A stretch of DNA of 63,069 bases, counting the filler, from Reticulomyxa filosa (lineage: Eukaryota; Protista; Foraminifera): the NCBI GenBank assembly GCA_000512085.1. It is 21 parts of 21 records of this genome, joined end to end, with 100 filler letters (N's around TTAATTAATTAA, not from the genome) between each part and the next. Parts side by side here need not be neighbours in the genome. Positions count along the whole stretch, not along the records: positions 1 to 7,062 come from ASPP01014012.1; positions 7,163 to 11,477 come from ASPP01017920.1; positions 11,578 to 13,663 come from ASPP01025879.1; 18 more parts are not named here. One strand, 5' to 3'. This document shows, one piece after another, positions 1 to 12,921 of this stretch; position 1 is the first letter of the stretch; every line of letters begins with the position of its first letter. The notes below the pieces were generated by a model that saw only the letters and a list, made by a program, of their open reading frames with translations, ran no database searches and had not been told where the DNA came from. A program made the position numbers and the translations under genes.

Positions 1-1
1 C

Positions 2-3000
2 TTATGGTACGCGTGCACATTTGCGGAAGAAAACAAAGAACACAATTTCATTGATATGTTAGAGAGGTTTCGAGGGAAATATATAATTGATTGGGAATTT
101 CAATACAAAGACAGAACGGTATTGATTTATTTTTTATTTTTATTTTTATTTTTTTTTGGAAAAACAAAAAAAAGTTGTTTTTATAAGGTATACGTATATA
201 AATCAAGGCCTACGTAGTGCGTATAATAACACATATTACACGTACGTATATATGATATAAATAAAATGGGGGGGGGGGGAAAAAAAAAAGTATGACTTGT
301 TAAGTCATTTGGTCTGTCCATTGAGTGCGAACAACGTGAAGTGCGTACGGTATTTGCTGCAATCCGAGGTGCGCAATGACGTTAGTGAGGCGTCATTAGA
401 CAGGGCGTTGAATGTGGCGGTAGTGTTCCAAAACGAAAAGTGCATAAAGATATTGATGAGCGACAAGTACTTGGAAGAGAACAAGAAGTTGATGCGAGAT
501 TATTCGTTGCGACATTGGAAAGAGAAAAGCAAAGCAGAGCTGTTTTTGTATTATCTGCAGAGAGAGCTGTCAGAAGAAAAGTGCGTGGAGACAATGAACA
601 ACTTGTGTCACGTGATGAAAACGATGGTGAACGATCGCAAGATGATTAGCTGCGACTTTTATAATGTGTGTTACATTTACGACAAGCCGCAAATGTGGCA
701 AGTGATGTATGAAAAATGTCGTGACTTGTTGAACGTGTCCACGTTGTATAAGAAGCCCAATGACTGGCAATGGCTCAAAGAATACCTCGTGCACAACCGA
801 GACTTGCTATTGTGGCTGGACCCATTGGAAGACAGAGACATGCGGCACAAGTCTACGACAACGATCAAAGGACAGAGTACCGACGATCATACGTCCACGG
901 AAGACACGATTGCCGGCGAGCAGGACGTATCCTCGCCACAATTGGCGCCGTTGGTACTGCTCAAGTCAGACACGATCCACGACGAAGGCAAAGTGGAGGA
1001 TACGCGTCCCGCCGTAGAGGTGCAAATAGAAGAAAAGAAAGTGCAGCTTTCCAAAACCAAAACGCTGCCCAATATCTTTGCCGAAGAAAAAGTCGTGGAA
1101 AAGAAAAACATTTGGCTGCAATGGCATGCCATCAAAGAACTCTGCGAAGAGGAGGCCGCCAAAGAAAGCAAAGTGCTGCAAGAAACGCTGCTCAAAGATA
1201 TCAACGCCAATGAGCTAACATACAAACAAATCTGCGAGTTTGAATGCAACGACATTATCAACTCGAAATACATTGGCGACCAAAACAAACGCAAACTGCG
1301 CCAAGACAAAACCAAGTTTGGCTTGAAGTCTACCGTCAAAGAAAAGGAATTAGCTCAAATGAGCATTCGTAGCAGTGACCATACTGCGAATGCAAAGCAT
1401 ACCTATGATTTTGTTTTATATGTATGTATATATATGTTGTTTTGTTTTGTTTTTTTTTTTTAAAAAAATTAAATAAATAACAATATATAATATATGTATA
1501 TTGTTCTCATTCATTTCGAATACGTATACTTATCAATGACAATCCTCTTCCCCCTTTTTCAAAGCTGAACCAATTGCTAACACGTGCCCGTAACATGGAC
1601 GAAGGGTTCCAATCCAAAATGCGGGAGATCTTTCGCGAATGCAAGGGCTGCAAGTTTACAAGTGGGCATGTGAAGTCGTACGAACGTTCGAAAGTGAAGG
1701 CGCAAATTGAGTATGCAAACGAGGCGTTTCCAAAGTCAGCGCATATTGTAGATGTGGTTCGTTGCTCTGCTACGTTTGACGGAATTGAAGATTTGAAAAA
1801 CGGCTTGAATCACTTTAAGCGCATTATCGTGAAGAGCAATGGGATATTTGAAGTAATGCGTATGAAGAACGGATTTGCTCAAAAACCAAAATCCTCTGGG
1901 GTCACTTTAGGTGGTCAAAAGAAGGACGAGCATAGTGACTCAAAAAAAAAAAAAAAAGAGTCGGTGCTACTGAGCGACACATTCCATTTGGAAATTCCAA
2001 GTGGCTATCAAGATGTCAAATTTAACGTGATTTACACGGAAATCACAGAAGGAGAGGGAAACAAAGAATCGATTGTCGGCGAAGTCCAGTTTCTATTGCG
2101 ATCGATTGCGCGATGGAAAATGAAGGGACACAAAATGTATGAAATAAGTCGACAAGCGCCATTTATAAACGGCTGCTATGACCAACTTTGTGTGAACGAC
2201 TTTGATTTCCAACTCAAACTTAGTGGCTTCAACCACAACTCATTGTCGAAGCTCATGCTCTACTTCCCATTAAAGTTCCGCGAAAGCAAATACATTTTGA
2301 ATGAAAAAGACGCCGACGGCGACAACTTTGTCTCCAAAATTGCATTCAACAGCAAGGTTAAATATAATTGCTTGAAAGAGTTATTGGGTGATGGCGATCT
2401 CATTCCCACCGATGTCGTTCAAGAACAGCTTCTCGAAAAAAATCAAAATGGGGATTACCCCCTCATGTTCGCTCTTTGGAAGCAATCCTCCATTGAAGCC
2501 ATTCACTTGTTCATCCCTTCTTTCCTCGCTAATCCTACCGAATTTTGGCATTGTGTCAATAAAGTTTATTTATTTATTTATTTTTTTTTATGATTGAGGG
2601 AAAATGGAAAATGTTTAATAACATATATGCATATATAATATATATTATTATATATGTATATATGTTATTAAAGTTCGATATGCCATTGCTAGATTACGCA
2701 TTGAGGAACACTTTAATTGATGTTTCATCCTCATTGAAATTGTTGAAAGAAAATATTGATGAGAGCAAATGGAATGAATTCATCGTCACTCAAGAAACTT
2801 GGGTTTGTGATTTTAATATACATATACACTCATACAAAAAAAAAAAGCTTTTGCTAACCATGTCTGTCGTGTTTATTGCTAAACGGATGTATGTGCGTAT
2901 GTGGCGTTGTGCAGAAAGGCTTGATTCCTTTGATGAGGGCCGTAATGGAGCAATCCAATTTGACTGCAGAAATTGTGGAGACACTCATTCCTAAGAATTA

Positions 3001-3882
3001 TCAAGAATATGCCATTCTTTGGGAAGTCACTGAATCATGGGTAAAACAATAAAGTCATTTTTTTTTTTTCACAACGTCTTCGTTTGACTACGTTGCAATT
3101 GACTTAAAAAAAAAAAAAAAAAAAGGAAGAGTCTACATTGCTGCACTTGGTATTTACAAACTCAAAACCGAAAGTGGAAGAGCGCCTTAAAGTCCTTCAG
3201 GCATTTGTTCCTTTAGAGATATGGCAGCGATTACTTCTCTGCAGAAACAAAGTTTTTTAATATAATTTTGTGCACAGGGTACATTTGCGTATGTGTGCGT
3301 ATACGTTGTTGTAAACTTGCAATTAAAATGTTTGTGCGTATATGTCTCTTGCTCTATTTCCCTTCCTTTACAACTTTTTATTCATCTAGCATGGAATGAC
3401 TCCATTGATGGCGGCAGTGTTCTTGTCCCCTGAAATAAACGAAACGATTATGTCGATGCTAATTCCCGAACATATCAAATATGGAAAGGATAACAACTTT
3501 TGGAAAAACACTGTAGTTTCGTATGCGTTGTGTTGTTTGTTTTGACTTACGATCACAATACCCTTTACTAAAAAAAAAAAACAACAGATCAAAAACATCG
3601 ACAATGGAAGCAATATAATCCATTTGTGTATTATCAATAAAACTGGAAATGATGTCAGCCGGCTGCAATGCTTGCGTGAACATGTACCTCCGAATATCTG
3701 GAATGAATTGATAATGCGCGCTAATACCACACAGGTAATTCTCCTTTTTTTTTGCTTTGTCACTTCTGATTTGTTGAAGCTTTGGTTGTTCTTGCGTAAA
3801 GTTAAAAGAAACTCCGATCGTCACTGCCCAACGGCTGAAAAAACCTGAAGCTCTTCTCTCACTCTTGTCAAAAAGGAAATAA
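2..3882 (+). CDS. Ankyrin-repeat protein with central RelA/SpoT-like (alarmone synthetase-type) nucleotidyltransferase domain; 5' partial, 9 exons
   Basis: Exons 2-118, 291-1421, 1565-2563, 2674-2802, 2915-3040, 3126-3251, 3390-3512, 3588-3734 and 3802-3882 join in frame via GT-AG introns. Motifs HVKSYERSKVK, DVVRC, RMKNGF, GYQDVKFN, GEVQF and GHKMYE lie at ~1660-2160. Ankyrin-like units include GDYPLMFAL, GLIPLMRAV, STLLHLVF, GMTPLMAAV and GSNIIHLCI. Confidence 0.8.
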
Positions 3883-4987
3883 AATGAAATGTAGGCATCT
3901 TTGGCTTACACCACAAAAAAAAGCAACAAACCATACATTGTATGTTTTTTTCCCCTTTGCAATGAGTTTCAAGCGTTCAGTCTGTTTTTGTTTGACGTTG
4001 TAAAATTGCTTTTTCTTGGGGTTTTGTGTATTCCTCCTTGGTTTTGGACATAAAATTTTTTCATTGGTATGTTGACATTTAAATGGTTCTTGTCTTAGTT
4101 GTTATAATATTGAAAGCATTTGAAATTCTTTTCTTATCATCTTTTTTCTCGTCTTATTAGATTCGCTATTAAAAAAATTATTTTTTGCTGTCTGTTGGAA
4201 ATTAGATCAAAGCTGTGGCCATTAATGTTTATTTAGGCATGCAATGAAACCAAAACGAAAATTATAGATTTTTTTATCAAACACCTTGTCGCCTTCACAA
4301 TCTTTAAGATTCAAGAATCTTTAGTCAAGAAGATTAGCTTTAAATTCTGTCTAAACTCTACGAAATTTAGTTTAAGTACATTGGCAGTCTTGCGAAGGAC
4401 TGTTGAAAATTTGTAGGATTTTTAACACTAGCAAAAGACGCCGAGAACACAATCAGAAAGACAAACACAAAATTCTTTCTTTATTTTGTCTGTCTCTGTT
4501 TGCAAATGTTGAGGTCGTTATTTTTTCATCCTCTATCAAAAAGTAGCATATCAACTAAATTATCAGTACTTCTGAAGATAAAATATTGAAGAATTTGACA
4601 GAAGTGGAGATTATGACAACAAAGATCACAAGGATACAATATAGCAAACGTTTTTGGGCCTGCGATCTACTATTTTCACACAGTTTAAGATAGCACTCCA
4701 TTGCCAATAAAATCTTCGGCAAAAAAAGCGCTTAAAATAGGAGAGACGTACAAAACAACAAAGAACAAAATGTTGATCGATTTTAGAGATTGTGATTGTG
4801 CATATTCAAGAAGTAGAGATTGTAGAATCTCATTTGCATACGTATACGTTATAAATTTGAACTGTCCTCTGTGCACAAAACCAACTTTATTTCCCCTTGG
4901 TCTTGAAATTGAGCTTTTCAAAACAAAACAAACCAAAAGAAGAACACCACAAAGAAAGTAATTTAAATCAACACCAAAATTGAATGA

Positions 4988-6636
4988 TCAAGAAGGTGAC
5001 AGGCAAAGAGATTTTTTCTTTTTGGCTTGTAGTACAATCAATCGGGCATTCCGTGTTTGTCCATCTCTAAAATCCCGCAAATCAGTGGTAATTTTTTCAT
5101 CCAATATTTTCGTAAAAATACAGCGCTTTGTATACAACTTCAATTCACTAACAAATTCTAATCGTTTACTGCTGCTTCGGCTCGTCACAATCACAAAAAT
5201 TCCTGTATCAAACAAACATTTTTTTTTAAAATTCCAAATTCGAAGGAGAAAAAAAAATCTGTCTCGTACCGTTATCGTGTAAAACTCGGTGAATTTGTCT
5301 ACAAATCAAACAAACATCTTCAAAATTGTCAAATATAGGACTTTTGTGATGTGGATTTTTGGAAGTACTTTCATTTCCACAATCGACTGCATCCAGCACA
5401 CCTTTGTCTATGACAACCTAATTTCATAAAAAACTTTATGTATTGACTACAATTGCTTTTACAAAAAAAACAAACAAACAAACATCGAAAGAATTGTCTT
5501 GAAAATCCAAATTTCGAACATCTTGGCAATGATACTTGATACAGGTCTGCAAGCGGTGAATATTGTCTTGGAAGGTGTTAGGGAAAAGAGCGCTATCTCC
5601 AAATTTCTTTTTGTTCAGATTTTTGACCAGATCGATTCCACGATCACAAAAATCCACACAAGTAATATCATTATATTTGGAATGAATGACCAAATTGGAC
5701 GCTAGGTCACTAATGCCACAGCCAATTTCCAAAATGCGAATATCTTTATTGAGCCCAAACAATTCTCCCAATTTCGCTTCCAACATTGTGCGCATATCCT
5801 CATAGCGACAAAACCACTCAAAGTGTTGGCCATTTTCCTCATTGGAATTCGTATTACCGCCCACGGGCGAAGATGATCGAAGTGGATAATTTTGGTATAA
5901 GTGATCCCAATAGGCTTTGTCACAATAGCGCGCTTTGATTTCCCATTGCTGAGAGCTGGAGGATCCAGGAGCTGATGTTTCCGGTTTTGATGTTTTTCGT
6001 TTGTCATGAGAATTATTCTTGTTTTGCTTTTCATTGTCTTTTTCTGTTGTCATCACAGCCATAGAATCACTCTTATTCCCTGTGGACGCACCGCTCGGCC
6101 ATCCCAATAATGGTGTTGTTGCAATTGCTGCTGCTATGCCAGTGTTGGCTACTATGAACGAAGATAGCCCTTCCACATTACCATTGCCATTACCATTGCC
6201 ATTGCTATTTCCAGATTCGCTGTTATGATTGTTGCCATTCACACTAACATTGAGATTGACATTGACGTTGACATCAGGCTTATCGTCCATTGGACCAGTT
6301 GAGTCTTTCTTCAACTCCGTCAACTCTTTCTGGACTGCGTTGAGCAAATCTTCTAACTTGCTGAACTGCCGTTTTACTGGGTGTAGTGTTGGCCCTACCG
6401 ATTTTGATACCTTTTTATTTATTTATTTTTCCCCTTGTACAACATCGCATATACTTTTGTCACAATGTGAACATGGTTTCTTTGTTATATATGTATATTA
6501 TATATATATATATATATATGCGTATAAGTGTACATGTGTGTAAAGTACCTGTGAAGTGTCATAAATATTGGCTTGATTGGAACGGAAATCAAGTGTATTG
6601 TTTTCATTCATATGTGGTGATATCACTATCATGTAA

Positions 6637-6668
<32 letters not shown>

Positions 6669-7018
6669 TTATATATTTGTAATGAACAAAAAACAGGAAG
6701 TAAAAACTGTAAGAATTGGAATGAATGGGCGGGAAGAAAGTCGACGGCTCAAATTGCTTTGTCCAAAATTTGGAAACTGTCCCAATGGATTTGCGATGGA
6801 AATCGATGGAATTTAATTGCTGGAAATCGGCAACGCTGTCCCATTTGTTGAAACTCGCCTTGATCTGCTTCCATTGCTTTTTTATTTCTCTCAACTGTCT
6901 GCGTATCGATTTCAATTGTGCTGTTGTTGTTGTTGTTGTTGTTGACCACTGTGAAGCTGCTAGTCCATTATTGTCAGAATGGTCTGACGGGCTTGAAAAA
7001 GTATTTCTTTTATCCTAA
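4988..7018 (-). CDS. Class I SAM-dependent methyltransferase, EEF1AKMT4/METTL13-N-like; 5' partial, multi-exon
   Basis: YCDKAYWDHLY...FEWF, motif I ILEIGCG, ITCVDF and DVRNLDFQDNSFD. Splices to VVIDKGVLDAV...IHRVLHDNG and then IFVIVT, with the stop at 4988. Confidence 0.8.
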
Positions 7019-7062
7019 TTTTTTTTTTTTTTTTTTTTTTGATTTTTTTTTTTTTTTTTTTT

Positions 7063-7162
7063 NNNNNNNNNNNNNNNNNNNNNNNNNNNNNNNNNNNNNN
7101 NNNNNNTTAATTAATTAANNNNNNNNNNNNNNNNNNNNNNNNNNNNNNNNNNNNNNNNNNNN
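7063..7162. other. Artificial contig-joining spacer N44-TTAATTAATTAA-N44 (first of 20)
   Basis: Identical 100-nt spacers with a palindromic core giving stops in all six frames start at 7063, 11478, 13664, 15935, 17455, 23940, 25685, 27441, 34811, 37816, 39719, 41071, 45343, 46493, 50122, 51820, 53060, 54600, 57495 and 58648. Confidence 0.98.
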
Positions 7163-9815
7163 TCCGCATCGCCAAGGTAGCGCATGACACATGTTTTGTT
7201 TCCCAATATTCGAACTCGATCGCTGATAGTCATATCACCAAATGCACCATCTTTTTTGCGAGTCCATATGTCCAGCTTCGTTGTCTTCGTCTTCATTTTC
7301 GTCCTCATCTTCATTCGCTCGCTTCTTTGATTCATCCAAAGACATTTCGTTATCTCTTCTGTTCACTGGTCGATTATCTTCCTTTGTATTGTTTTTCACG
7401 AGTCAAGTTTTTGCGAGTTGAAGGAGGTAATGTTTCCAAATGGTGCAACTATTCTTTGAATTTGGTCTTTTCGCTCGATTTGATTTCTACGTAATGCCTC
7501 TTTGTTGACCAAGCAATTTTTATACTTTTCAATGCCTTGTAAATGTTTGCAAAGTCTTGATATTCATTTCTTTCCTTGGTTTATCTCTTTGCTCACAGGG
7601 TCCTACTTCACGTTTCACTATTCTGTTTGCTACGTAACGTCGAAGAGGAGCAAAGTATCTACGATTTTCCGCACCACGAGTGATCAATCCATGCGTTTCG
7701 ATTGCTGTCCATCGTCATAAACTTGGAGCCATTTTTCTAATGCTTCGGGTTGCCACTTACTCCGCGCTCAGCAACTATTATTGAGTTCAATCATGCCTTT
7801 ATAATATCGGATGAAAATTCGCCCCAGACTTCTTGGAATTGCTCAAACATGACTGTGTGGAGGGGGGATGCAGTTCTCTGTCGAATTAGTGCTTTGACAC
7901 GGACCACATTTCTTGAGTGTCGACATGTTTCAATATTTCACTCTCGTCTTGGGCCAAAGAAATCCAATCACGTCCTTGAGCTGTGACTCAAAGTTGGAGT
8001 TTGTTTTTTCATTTGCATTTGTTTTTGCCTTTGTGCCTTTTTTTTTTTTGAGAGAGTGAGGAAATTGAAATGAACGATGCAATATCCGAAAACATCCATT
8101 GTTCGTCCACCTGACGATATCGAGCTCGAGATTGGATATATTCTCTTTGCGATTATCATTGACAGATTGTAGTTTCAATGTTCAATCCAAACACATGTCG
8201 GCATGATCACATTTTGAGCATTGGAAAAACCAATTTCCTTTTGATGAATTTGCTCTCCATATCGATAGCAGCGGTCACACACTATGATGATAGCTTTGTA
8301 AGCTCCAGTAGAGTTTGCAACTTCAAAAACTCGTATTCACGTTCTGGATATCGTCGTTTCATATATTGGCGACTCGGGTCATCGTTGCGGCGACTCTTTC
8401 TTTCACAAATAATGGACATGCAAAGTAAAGTATTGCTTTGTACGCGCCATCGTGCCACTCCACACCTATCTGCTCGTTTGTTGCGAAGTACGTGGTTCCA
8501 ATGAAACGGATCGTGGCCACGTTCTCACCCAACTCAAAAGACTAATCGTCGTTTTCTTCGGTCCATTTTGATGCCTGTTTGAGTTGCGTTGTTGTCTTGG
8601 CCGAAACTTGGGCAGCAAATTGGCAGTAATGTTGAAGATTGAGCGAGTTATGACATGTTAATTTTTCACACTGAAGCACCTTGTTCGTCCCACCTCGCCG
8701 TTTGCCGACTCTCCGATCCATATTTCAAACTCGATGCCATAGATTTCTCATTCTTTCATTTCTTCGATTTATGTTATGTGTCCATGACGTTCATTGCGCA
8801 ATTTCGCTCGGTCTCCCTCTTGATTACGTGATTCTGTACAAACATGCCGCCGTCCAGATCTTTTTTTTTTAAAAAAAAAGCGTAATTATTGCATTTTGTT
8901 TTGTTCATTTGTCCCCTATACCTTCTATCTCAATGGAAATTGACAAATAATAACAAACCTGCACTTGAAGTATCTCATTTGCCCACCAGTATCTTCAGTT
9001 ATTCTTTTCTAACTCCAATGCCGTATACGTCGTCTACTTTCGCATCTTTTCCAAATGTACGGTATTGTCTATTTTTCAAAATTTCAAAGTTCAACATTGT
9101 ACATTGTTTGAAAAAAAAAAATGGTCAGATTAACTTTTTTTTCCAGCACTCGCTGTTCGATACTATATTTTTTTTCTTCCATTTTGTCGTCGCTATCGTT
9201 TGTTGCTATCGTTTCCGGAGCATATTGAACCTTGACAATTAATCTTCTTTTGGCGAACGTACCTATTCGAAACAAGTCATTCTCAATTAATATGTCTTTT
9301 GACTTCAAACAAATATCGCAGAACAAAAAAACAAACTTAATTCAATGTCAATGATCTATCGATCAGTGAGGTGGTCCGAACAAATAGATTTGACCACTAT
9401 GGAACGATTTTTGGCTAAATTGACACTTTCTCCAGCCTTTCCAGCTTCTTTTTCTCTGGTTATCTTCTTTTGCCGAGAGCGAAGTTGTTGGGACGCAGAC
9501 CTTTGCGAGTCAAGACGAAAGTAGAAAGTTTGACCCAATGTATTCGATCCCATATGTCGCCCCTCCATTGACAAAAACTATACGGTTGTTGGGCTTGGAT
9601 TGTTTCAATTGGAAGTCGCATTGTAGATTTTCGGATCTACTTGAGAAATGAAGCCTTTTGTGTGAATTGAGCACGACATATGTTGGCTTCAAAATACACT
9701 TTACTCGCAATTTGCCATCGTGACGCAGAGTTCCATTTGCACAAATACAAACCAACGATCTATCTTTTCGTGAAATCAGTTTCTCCTTCAAGTCTTCATC
9801 TGCTGTGTTTGCCAT
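7163..9815 (-). pseudogene. Degenerate multi-exon gene ending in the start of a CAP-Gly-like domain
   Basis: Coding-like pieces (MANTADEDLKEK..., ILIENDLFRIG..., NISNLELDIVRW...) are broken by many stops and frameshifts. The last segment, ISDRVRILGNKTCVMRYLG, resembles a CAP-Gly N-terminus. Confidence 0.45.
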
Positions 9816-10374
9816 GGAGCAAATTATTCAATGTTTTTCGCACACTATATTGAATCAAAAACTATGATAATACAAAGTAAATAGATCTTTTTTTTCTTTG
9901 AACTTGAGCCATTTATTCATCGTGAAAATCTTCCACCAATCATCCATTAGCAAATCTCTTGACGTCCACTGATCGAACGAAACGAACGACTCCACTCGCT
10001 CTTTATTGGGCATTTTTCACTTCCTCCGCCCATCTATCTCCTTGAAATTTGCGCTAATGCGCATATCCAATGTTTCTGGGATAAAATCCCATTTTTTCCT
10101 TTTCAATTCCCATCACTTTTGCACTTTTTTCTTCTTTTTTTCTCTTTTAATCTTTTCATTTTTTTTTTCTTTTTCACATTGTTTTTTTTAATTTTTTATT
10201 TTCATTTGAAACTTTTTTTTCTTTTTTTTTTCTTTTCTATTTCTCATTTTCCATTCTTTTTTTTTTTTCATTTTTCTTAAACAAAATTTTTCCCCCTTTT
10301 TTTTCCATCTCCTTTTTTTCCCCCAAAATTCCCCATCCATTTTCTTTTTCCCAAATTTTCCCTACACAAACACA

Positions 10375-10810
10375 TTTTTTTTTGACGATGGCATGCCTAT
10401 AGATAAACAAACAATAATTTGACTAAAAAAAAACATAAAAAAAAAAAACAAACTATTTTCTTTTTTTTTTCAAATGCGGAGCGACTTCAACTCCCGAAGT
10501 TTTTCTTTATATGAGATTGGGATGGGGACGTACATTTTTTTTTTTGATAGATGGGGCTGCGGCTGTTATGAAAAAAACATAAAGTTAATTTATCAAAAAA
10601 AAATTTATATAAATATACAACAGACCTTTACTTCTCCTTGCGGAGACGGGGGGCCTTACCCCAAATTCAATTTTTTTTTTTTGACAGGTTGGCTGAGGCT
10701 GTTATTGACAAAAACACAAAGTTAATTTGTCAAAAAAAAAATTATATATATAACAAACCTTTTGTTCTCCTTGCGGAGACGGGGGGCCTTGCCCCAAATT
10801 CAATTTTTTT
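10375..10810. repeat. ~135-150 bp tandem repeat (two close copies plus one degenerate copy)
   Basis: TCTCCTTGCGGAGACGGGGGGCCTT(A/G)CCCCAAATTCAATTTTTT occurs at ~10633 and ~10765, each preceded by GGCTG(C/A)GGCTGTTAT...AAAGTTAATTT. A weaker copy starts at ~10375. Confidence 0.8.
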
Positions 10811-11930
10811 TCTTTCTTTTGCTGAGTGATGCAAAGCATCCAAATAAAAAATTATTATTTTTTTTCAAAGTGGGCAGCTGTTCAAAAAAACAAAACCACT
10901 TTTTTAAGTTGAAAAGTTAGAACAAAGCATAGAAAAGACGTACAAGTGTGAGAGGGCGTATATCACCCCTAATTTGGAGCTGGTACGAGAAACAACCAAA
11001 AAAAAAAGAAAAAACCCCCTTTTTTTCAGTAAGACGTAAACGCACAACTAATAAAAGTTTATTCAAAAATATTCAAAAATTGCAATTTTTTGAAATGTTT
11101 TGACATTTTTGACAAAATAACTTGAAAAACAAAATGCCTAAAATTTTTGCATATTATTTCATTTGTGGTTCTACAATTGTGATTCCAAAAACAGATTAAC
11201 CACAGATATTTGAAATGAATAATTACTTTTTCTTGAGTAATGATTTTTCTCTGGAATAGAAAAATCTTCCCTTTTTAGAAAAAGTTCTCTTGAACATTAC
11301 AAATGTGGTCTTTTGGCTCTTCTCTCTTCAAACAACCTAACAAGCCAAGCGTATACAACATGGAGCTCGCTCTCGAGGATTCTTTCTCTAATGCACTCTT
11401 CTGCAAAACTGCAACAGCTGCCGAAAAAGAAAGAAGTTCCTCTTTTTCGGAATTATCATCAATGGGAGAAATGTCTANNNNNNNNNNNNNNNNNNNNNNN
11501 NNNNNNNNNNNNNNNNNNNNNTTAATTAATTAANNNNNNNNNNNNNNNNNNNNNNNNNNNNNNNNNNNNNNNNNNNNTGAACTTTGTTCTTCCCTTTTAA
11601 TTAAAACCTAGTTTTTACTTTATCTTCTTCTTTTCTCTCTTCTATAAACATGATTGAATTTTAGGATTACAGTGATGCAGAAAGAAAAACTCGGCTCCAG
11701 TGGATCAATTTAAAGATTTTTTTAAAGTGTTTCTGTGATCATCTAGAGGATCTAAAGCAACATTTTAAGTTTCTTGTTTGCACAAATACAATACACAGTT
11801 TTACCATTATAACGAAAGTCTTTTTTAAAAGCAATTGCGATAATATCATGACATTACCGATTACAACAACAAAACACGCTTTTTTCCGAATGCAACAGTA
11901 AGGTTTTCCCAAAAGAGGCAACCTTTTTTT

Positions 11931-12257
11931 ATGTCATACCTTTTTTATAAAAGCCTAAACCACGTAATACTTACTACACTTTCCCACTCTCAATGTGTGC
12001 TACACAAGCGTGAAATCATCATTTGTGGTTGCTCTAAACAAAGTGATTGTTATTCTTATCATTTATTTAAAAACAAATACGAGTTTATCTGTTTGTATCC
12101 AAGTGGCGTTGAATTATTAGGATACTGTATAGTGAAACTTGTGAATAACAACAATAAAGACAACAATGAAATCACTTTATTGTCTTTTGATAGAAAAAAG
12201 AAACATACATTGGTGATGAAATATGTAAGCGTTTGGGGTGATCAGGTTAGATTGTAA
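11931..12257 (+). pseudogene. Kelch-like beta-propeller family, truncated N-terminal fragment
   Basis: LSHSQCVLHKREIIICG...CYSYH...EFICLYPSGVELLGYCIVKLV...EITLLSF...HTLVMKYVSVW. Ends early, with no further blades. Confidence 0.6.
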
Positions 12258-12921
12258 GTTTATTTTTTTTGAAATGAAATTCATTGATCGAAGCAAATTG
12301 TGTAAACAGTATACAAAAAGATGGAACAAAATATGCATGTATACATTTCGAATAGGAATTTAAAGTGTTGTGTTGGTTGCGTGCCCTACGATTTACACAT
12401 TTGCGCCTCAGGCGGTGATATATTTATTTATTTCATAAGCATTACATGATCGAATTGCACTCTTTCAATCCAAGGTTCGGCTATTTGTGTGTGTAACTTA
12501 TAGTTTATTCATTTGAATTTCTATTGTGTATGTGCGTATGGATGTATTTGTCTTGTGACTATTTGCAGAGGAGACATAAACAAAGTGAACGCAGAGCAAG
12601 ACAAGAACTTGGTAAATTGTTCGATGTCTTGTGTCTTGGTATTCGATTCCAAATGGACGACAAGGCTATTGGACAGATACACAGACAAGAGTCCTTAAAG
12701 CTATCTCCCGATAAGCATTCTGTGTTGCACTTGAAGAAATTGGAAGAGTTTTACGAAAAATGGACGACGTGGTTGATAATATTATTCGTCAAGATCAACA
12801 TGAATTTTTGAACAGTCTTGTGGAATTGACGGCAATTGCGGAGTTGTTCCGAACACAACCACCGCTATCGTTTGCAAAGCCGCACAGTCCTCCAGAAAAG
12901 GAAAAGGTTTAAACGTTTAAA

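Noticed and set aside
11290-11477. Minus-strand C-terminal fragment (...RASSMLYTLGLLGCLK...) reminiscent of bacterial effector tails
   Set aside because: Too short and truncated to support horizontal transfer or symbiont origin.
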